Part shown: one piece after another, positions 6,948 through 11,592 of the stretch
Position numbering within the stretch: the first letter of the stretch is position 1
Layout of the letters: each line of letters begins with the position of its first letter
Assembly: GCA_046758365.1 (NCBI GenBank)
Contig: JBHIAC010000110.1
Location: forward strand, 1 to 11,592
Direction of reading: 5' to 3'
DNA: 11,592 nucleotides
Origin: a bacterium
GTDB taxonomy: Bacteria; Zhuqueibacterota; Zhuqueibacteria; Oceanimicrobiales; Oceanimicrobiaceae
The notes under the pieces: model-generated
What the model was told of the DNA's origin: nothing
The model's database searches: none
Seen by the model: only the letters and a program-made list of their open reading frames with translations
Made by a program: the position numbers and the translations under genes

Positions 6948-7673
6948 TCATCGGTCCACCAGATGAATAAAAACCTCCTGTATGGTCAACTTCTTGAATG
7001 CTTTCTTCAAGGTCTCAGGACTATCCATTGCGATAATCTCGCCCTGGTACATAATCGAAACCCGGTGGCAGTATTCCGCCTCATCCATGTAGTGGGTGGT
7101 CACAAACACTGTTTTTCCCTCATCGGCTAAACGGTATATCAAATCCCAGAAATTTCGTCTTGCCTCAGGGTCAACGCCTGCCGTAGGTTCGTCCAAAAAG
7201 ATAATTTTAGGATTATGCAGAAGGGCACACCCTAAGGCCAAGCGCTGTTTATAACCTAGTGGCATATCACGGGTCATCCTATTGGCCTCGTTAGTCAACC
7301 CCAGTTCTCCAAGCAGTTGCTCGCGTTTTGCTTTTAATGCTGCCCGCTCCAGGCCATAAACTCCGGCATAAAATTCAATATTTTCCGCTAACGTTAAATC
7401 ATTATACAAAGAAAATTTCTGGCTCATATAACCGATATTCTGTTTAATTTTTTCATTTTCTTTCCAAATATCAAAGCCAGCTACGTTCCCCTTCCCTTCA
7501 GAAGGCAGCAGAAGCCCACATAGCATTCTTATCGCTGTGGTCTTACCAGCGCCATTCGCTCCTAAAAATCCAAATATTTCACCATGCTGAACGGCTAAAT
7601 TCAAGTTTTTTACAGCTTGAAATTTGCCAAAACGTTTCTCTAAGTTCTCGGTGTAAACGGCGTAAGAATTCAG
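6948..7673 (-). CDS. ABC transporter ATP-binding protein (second, YbhF C-half-like); probable CTG start
   Basis: Walker A GANGAGKTT, signature variant MPLGYKQR, Walker B IIFLDEPT and H-loop TTHYMDEA. The frame extends 23 codons upstream of the track's TTG 7604 (LNSYAVYTENLEKRFGKFQAVKN, the normal NBD N-terminus) to CTG 7673-7671, with AGGAG 8 nt upstream; 241 aa. Confidence 0.9.
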   Translation of the reverse strand: MNSYAVYTENLEKRFGKFQAVKNLNLAVQHGEIFGFLGANGAGKTTAIRMLCGLLLPSEGKGNVAGFDIWKENEKIKQNIGYMSQKFSLYNDLTLAENIEFYAGVYGLERAALKAKREQLLGELGLTNEANRMTRDMPLGYKQRLALGCALLHNPKIIFLDEPTAGVDPEARRNFWDLIYRLADEGKTVFVTTHYMDEAEYCHRVSIMYQGEIIAMDSPETLKKAFKKLTIQEVFIHLVDR

Positions 7674-8599
7674 TGCTCTTGCTCCTGTTTTTTCATCAAT
7701 TCCAAAAAAGTATCTTCTATACCAGGCTGAAGTTTCTTAATGGAGGTGATTTGGATTGGAGAGTTGTATTGTATTTGAGAAATTTTTCTATCATCCAAAG
7801 CCTGGACAAAACTCACATGCAAACGGTCTCCAAATATTTGCACCGACTTAACATCAAGCACATTTTGAAAATAGGACACCACAGATCGAATTTCTGCAGT
7901 AGTTATTTCATATAAATAAAAAGGAAAGAGTTTGTGCAATTGATCCGGTTTATCTAAAGCTAAAAGATGTCCATTGTACATAAAGGCAACCCGGTCACAC
8001 AAACTGGCTTCATCCATATAAGGCGTCGAAACCATGATTGTCACGCCCTCCTGACGCAATTGTCGCAAAATCTCCCAAAACTCTCTCCGAGAAACGGCGT
8101 CTACGCCGGTCGTGGGCTCATCCAAGATGAGAATCTTGGGTGTGTGAATAAGGATACAAGAGAGGGCTAACTTCTGTTTCATCCCACCCGAAAGGGCACT
8201 GGCCAGTCGGTTTTTGAATGGCTCCAATTTACTGAACTGATAGAGCTGTGCTAATCGAGCCATCTTTTCACTTTTAGGCACGCCAAATAAATCCGCAAAA
8301 AAGTTTAGATTTTGTTTTACCGTCAAATCGGGGTACAAAGAAAAGCGCTGCGGCATGTAGCCTAGGATCGAACGGATGTAGGGAATTTCCTTTTGTACTT
8401 CTTTGCCATCCACGTACATCTCCCCTTGTTCACAAGTTAATAGGGTACACAATGTGCGCATGGTGGTGGTTTTGCCAGCACCGTCCGGACCGATAAGCCC
8501 AAACAGTTCTCTGGAGTCAATTCTCAAAGATAGATTTTCAACAGCTTTAATCGCACCGTAGCTTTTGCTGAAGTTTTTTATTTCTATTGTGCCCGACAT
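7670..8599 (-). CDS. ABC transporter ATP-binding protein (first, YbhF N-half-like)
   Basis: 309 aa; GPDGAGKTT, LSGGMKQK, ILILDEPTTGVD, STPYMDEA (Pro in place of the H-loop His) and C-terminal IEDTFLELM. Confidence 0.93.
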   Translation of the reverse strand: MSGTIEIKNFSKSYGAIKAVENLSLRIDSRELFGLIGPDGAGKTTTMRTLCTLLTCEQGEMYVDGKEVQKEIPYIRSILGYMPQRFSLYPDLTVKQNLNFFADLFGVPKSEKMARLAQLYQFSKLEPFKNRLASALSGGMKQKLALSCILIHTPKILILDEPTTGVDAVSRREFWEILRQLRQEGVTIMVSTPYMDEASLCDRVAFMYNGHLLALDKPDQLHKLFPFYLYEITTAEIRSVVSYFQNVLDVKSVQIFGDRLHVSFVQALDDRKISQIQYNSPIQITSIKKLQPGIEDTFLELMKKQEQEH

Positions 8600-8632
8600 A
8601 TGTTATGATTATTAATTATATTAAAATAAGAA

Positions 8633-8748
8633 TGTCATTTCAAACAGAGGTAAAAATCTGGTTTTAAATGGATCGAGCTAATTAGTTCATTTATTAAAGT
8701 TTACTAAGTAATTTGATTACCAGATTTCTCGTTTCACTCTCAATGCTG
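8633..8748. repeat. Degenerate GTCATT...AATCT / AGATT...AATG palindromic (REP/MITE-like) element
   Basis: Left arm tgtcatttcaaacagaggtaaaaatctggt (8633-8662), right arm accagatttctcgtttcactctcaatgctg (8719-8748). The arms are the same length, the inner 9 bp pair perfectly (aaatctggt/accagattt) and catt/aatg are in register. Confidence 0.55.
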
Positions 8749-8764
8749 TCTCTTTATAAAATTT

Positions 8765-8807
8765 AAATTCATGTTTATCTGTCTAAATTTGTGACCATCC
8801 GTGTTCT
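8765..8807. repeat. Degenerate 10-mer tandem array (nnATYYGTGT)
   Basis: aaattcatgt-ttatctgtct-aaatttgtga-ccatccgtgt-tct. A related, same-orientation motif (aattcagta-aatctgtggtt) lies at 11122-11141. Confidence 0.45.
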
Positions 8808-8823
8808 ATTTTGGGCTGAATCT

Positions 8824-9711
8824 TTAATAAATTAGTGCAACCTCCACGGGCATGCCGTGCTTTAAAATTTTGTTTGTATTTTCAACCTCTAATTTTACCG
8901 CATAAACCAAAGAAGTTCGGCTCTCTTCTGTTAAGATATTTTTAGGCGTAAATTCCGCTTTGGGGCTAATCCAACTAATGTGTCCAGTCAAAGTCTGGTC
9001 GGTGCCGTCGATGCGAATTTCGACCTCCTGTCCTATTTTAATTTTAGGTAACATTAGTTCCGAAACATACACCTTCGTCCACATCTTCTTTAAATCAATA
9101 ATTTCAACGACGGCTGCACCAGTTGGAATCGTTTCACCAGATTCAAAGTATTTTGTTGTTACCGTACCTGATAGGGGGGAAGTGATGGTCGCATCATTTA
9201 TTTGCCGCTGAATCAATTTACGTTGGGCTTCTAATCCTTTTTGTTTGCTTTCCACAAGCTTTAAATTTTGTTGGGCATTTTCCAATTGGGTTTTAGCAGC
9301 ATCATAAGCACTTTTTAAATCATCCAAAACCTGTTCCGACGCCGATTTCTTTTTATAAAGATCTCGATAACGATTATATTTCTTTGCGATATGATCATAA
9401 TCCAATTTTGCCTTCTCAAGGATATTTAAACTGATTTTGTGTTGCACGTTCATTTCCTCGAGCGCTGCTTGAATTTGTTCTACTTGATAAAACAGTTTCT
9501 CGGTATCAACAACAGCCATGACCTGTCCCTGTTCGACATCCTCCCCTTCTTCAAAATTAAATTTTAAAATGTAACCTCCGGTTTGAGCGGCTACTTTAAC
9601 TGCAGTTCCCTCCATAATTCCACTGGCAATAAACTTGTCTGAGTTGTTATTACTACATCCCATTAAAATTACTAAGTTGAAAATAAAAATAAATATTTGT
9701 TTTAAACGCAT
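8824..9711 (-). CDS. HlyD-family periplasmic adaptor (YbhG-like), lipoprotein
   Basis: Lipoyl half-motifs (VAAQTGGYI...EGEDVEQGQ and ITSPLSGTV...GE), a coiled-coil hairpin, and the YbhG-type ISPKAEFTPKNILTEESR...VYAVK...LKHGMPV. Preferred start is ATG 9711 with GGGAGG just upstream, giving signal MRLKQIFIFIFNLVILMG-C (295 aa). The track's 9750 start overlaps the TolC gene. Confidence 0.9.
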   Translation of the reverse strand: MRLKQIFIFIFNLVILMGCSNNNSDKFIASGIMEGTAVKVAAQTGGYILKFNFEEGEDVEQGQVMAVVDTEKLFYQVEQIQAALEEMNVQHKISLNILEKAKLDYDHIAKKYNRYRDLYKKKSASEQVLDDLKSAYDAAKTQLENAQQNLKLVESKQKGLEAQRKLIQRQINDATITSPLSGTVTTKYFESGETIPTGAAVVEIIDLKKMWTKVYVSELMLPKIKIGQEVEIRIDGTDQTLTGHISWISPKAEFTPKNILTEESRTSLVYAVKLEVENTNKILKHGMPVEVALIY

Positions 9712-9724
9712 TGGTCCTCCCTTT

Positions 9725-11065
9725 CTAAAAATTTTCTTGAATCGTTCCAACGGCCTTACTTAAGTTGGCCAGAAATATGTAATATTTGATCAAGGCTTGT
9801 TGGGTTTGAAGTTCTGCCTGAGTAAGGTCTGTTTCGGCAGTAATTAATTCATTTGTAGAAGCGATACCATTTTGATGTTGCACCGATATGATTCGATACC
9901 GTTCTGCCTGCTGGGCTTGAAGCTTCTCAGCAAGTTGCAATTCCTGCAAACTAAAATTTAACTTTTCAAAGCTCTCCTCGACCTCGTATTCAATCGTTCG
10001 CAAAAGCTCTCTTTCCTCTAACGAAAGCTGGTTGTACTGCACCTGAAACTCTTCTATTCTTTTCTGGTCGCCTTGCCATCGCCACAAGTTCCACTGAAGA
10101 TTTACGCCTACGGAAAAGTAGTCCATCCAATGGTTGGTAACGGGGTCTAAACCAGGCTTAGCATAATGAAAGTTTGCATGGGTAAAGATTGTAGGATAAT
10201 AATATGAACGGGCCAACTTTTGTTGGATTAAAGTCCCTTGTTGGGCCAGTCGAACACTTTTCAATTCAGGACGCTTCTGAAATGCCTCGGCCTTTAGCTG
10301 TTTTAGGTCTATTGCGTCTCTCGACGGGTGATGCAATGGTTTGTCTGCAATTGGTCTCGCTGCCTTTAAATCTAAGAGACGGGCCATTTGAAGATTTGTC
10401 AGCTTAGTGGCCAACAGATTATTTCCCAGCTCTATTTTTACAGATAAGGTCTGGTTGTAAACTTGCAAGGTGTCAAATGCCATCACCTGGGCAGCATAAT
10501 ATAAATTTCTGACTTGTTCAAGTTGAATATTCAAACGCTTCAAGCTGGCCTGTAAAATCTTTCTTTGATTGTGTAAACTTTGAGCTTTATAAAAAAGTAG
10601 ATGCACTTGATGGTAAATTTCATTGGCGAGTCCTTCAAATTTTGACTGTTCGCTTAGAGTTGCATTTTTGGCTAAATCTACCTGGGACTGAAGTCGAAAC
10701 CCAGTAAAAACAGGCTGACGAACACCAAGTATAAGTTCTGAACGATCATGGCCACCCAACGCCACTCTTTTGTCTGGTATACCAATGGTCTGACTTAAAT
10801 CGATTTCATTAATTTCGGACAAATAGCTGGAAGTCACAGAAAAATCCAGTGAAGGAAGGCGTTGGACTTTTTGAACCAACTCCTCTAAACGGGCCACTCT
10901 TTCACTCGCTTGCTGCTGTTTTAGCTTTATATTATTTTGCTGAGCCAGCCGCAAGGCCTCTTCCAGATCAAGAGGGATTTGGGAGTAAGCTTCTTTGGTA
11001 ATTAAACAACTAAAAAATAATTGAAGTGATGAAAAGAGAACCAATAATTTTGAATATTTTTTCAT
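9725..11065 (-). CDS. TolC-family outer-membrane efflux protein
   Basis: 446 aa; signal peptide, then LDLEEALRLAQQNN, RLPSLDF, QPVFTGF, AFQKRPEL, YYPTI and GVNLQWNLW, giving two OEP repeats. AGGAG upstream. Confidence 0.9.
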   Translation of the reverse strand: MKKYSKLLVLFSSLQLFFSCLITKEAYSQIPLDLEEALRLAQQNNIKLKQQQASERVARLEELVQKVQRLPSLDFSVTSSYLSEINEIDLSQTIGIPDKRVALGGHDRSELILGVRQPVFTGFRLQSQVDLAKNATLSEQSKFEGLANEIYHQVHLLFYKAQSLHNQRKILQASLKRLNIQLEQVRNLYYAAQVMAFDTLQVYNQTLSVKIELGNNLLATKLTNLQMARLLDLKAARPIADKPLHHPSRDAIDLKQLKAEAFQKRPELKSVRLAQQGTLIQQKLARSYYYPTIFTHANFHYAKPGLDPVTNHWMDYFSVGVNLQWNLWRWQGDQKRIEEFQVQYNQLSLEERELLRTIEYEVEESFEKLNFSLQELQLAEKLQAQQAERYRIISVQHQNGIASTNELITAETDLTQAELQTQQALIKYYIFLANLSKAVGTIQENF

Positions 11066-11166
11066 CGGAATTTGTTCTCCTGCAATAAAATTAATAGGAT
11101 ACTACTAAATAAATTTAACATAATTCAGTAAATCTGTGGTTACAGTCGGCCAAAGCTAAAAGTAAC

Positions 11167-11191
11167 AAATTGATGAAGATGATATCAATTT
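11167..11191. promoter_or_regulatory. Palindrome AAATTGAT-N9-ATCAATTT overlapping a candidate promoter of the efflux operon
   Basis: Perfect 8-bp arms at 11167-11174 and 11184-11191. The minus strand reads TTGATA, 18 nt ending in TGT, then TACTTT. Confidence 0.45.
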
Positions 11192-11249
11192 CTAATTAAA
11201 AGTTTATAATGGTGGGATTCAAAAAAAGCTTTTCAATTGCCAAACATCA

Positions 11250-11592
11250 CTACCAAATAGTTTTAACGATTCCTGAATCTGTAATTTCTTTATCTTTGGT
11301 TAAAATGAAAACTTCCCCGTCCGCAGAACGAAATTTTTCAAAAACTTTAGCTGTTGCTACAATAACAGCATCATGAATGCTCAACGAGGTAGAAAGTTCA
11401 GATACGACTTCCAAATCAATTGGATAAAATAAGCATCTTGAATCATTTTCCAAGTGTTCTATGACTATGTCAGGTGATATTTTAAAACGCTTTTTGTGAT
11501 GGAGGTACTTTATTTCTAATAGAACCATTACGGAAATGATTATTCTATTATTTGAATTTTCGATTTCAGTCTTTGAAATGTGAGACAATTTT
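11250..11592 (-). CDS. PIN-domain (VapC-like) ribonuclease or toxin, 5'-truncated at the window edge
   Basis: The frame is open to the edge: KLSHISKTEIENSNNRIIISVMVLLEI...SIHDAVIVATA...ILTKDKEI. It has the PIN acidic motifs E, D and T-x-D. The N-terminal Asp motif must lie beyond 11592, so TTG 11588 is not the start. Confidence 0.8.
   Translation of the reverse strand, partial: KLSHISKTEIENSNNRIIISVMVLLEIKYLHHKKRFKISPDIVIEHLENDSRCLFYPIDLEVVSELSTSLSIHDAVIVATAKVFEKFRSADGEVFILTKDKEITDSGIVKTIW

Noticed and set aside
8012..8035. H-loop His replaced by Pro (STPYMDEA) in the first ATPase
   Set aside because: Loss of the H-loop His in the first NBD is a feature I recall as common in YbhF-like systems, so it is not evidence of a pseudogene or of novelty.
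7673..10407. Plus-strand ORFs 7673-7915, 7967-8170, 8960-9211 and 10204-10407
   Set aside because: They are antisense to the ATPase, adaptor and TolC genes and have no independent support.

Overview
This is a bacterial window from a diderm (it has TolC and lipoproteins). At the left edge, the minus strand carries the 5' 334 codons of a family-C DNA polymerase alpha subunit that is missing from the ORF track. It is DnaE2-like, with a partly degenerate PHP domain, and is preceded by a sigma70-like promoter overlapped by a palindrome. Divergent from it is an exported Ntn-hydrolase of the penicillin/cephalosporin acylase family. Convergent on that is a minus-strand YbhGFSR-like efflux cluster (TolC, HlyD-type lipoprotein, two ABC ATPases, two ABC-2 permeases) followed by a DUF4136-like lipoprotein. 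A PIN/VapC-type gene is cut by the right edge. The second ATPase appears to start at a CTG codon coupled to the upstream stop. Most large intergenic gaps hold a different small repeat element: three stacked ~100-bp inverted-repeat elements at 3481-3809, inverted heptamer arrays, a GTCATT-type palindrome, and 9/10-mer arrays. No rRNA, tRNA, CRISPR array or transposase was seen. Family assignments come from motif recognition only, not database searches.
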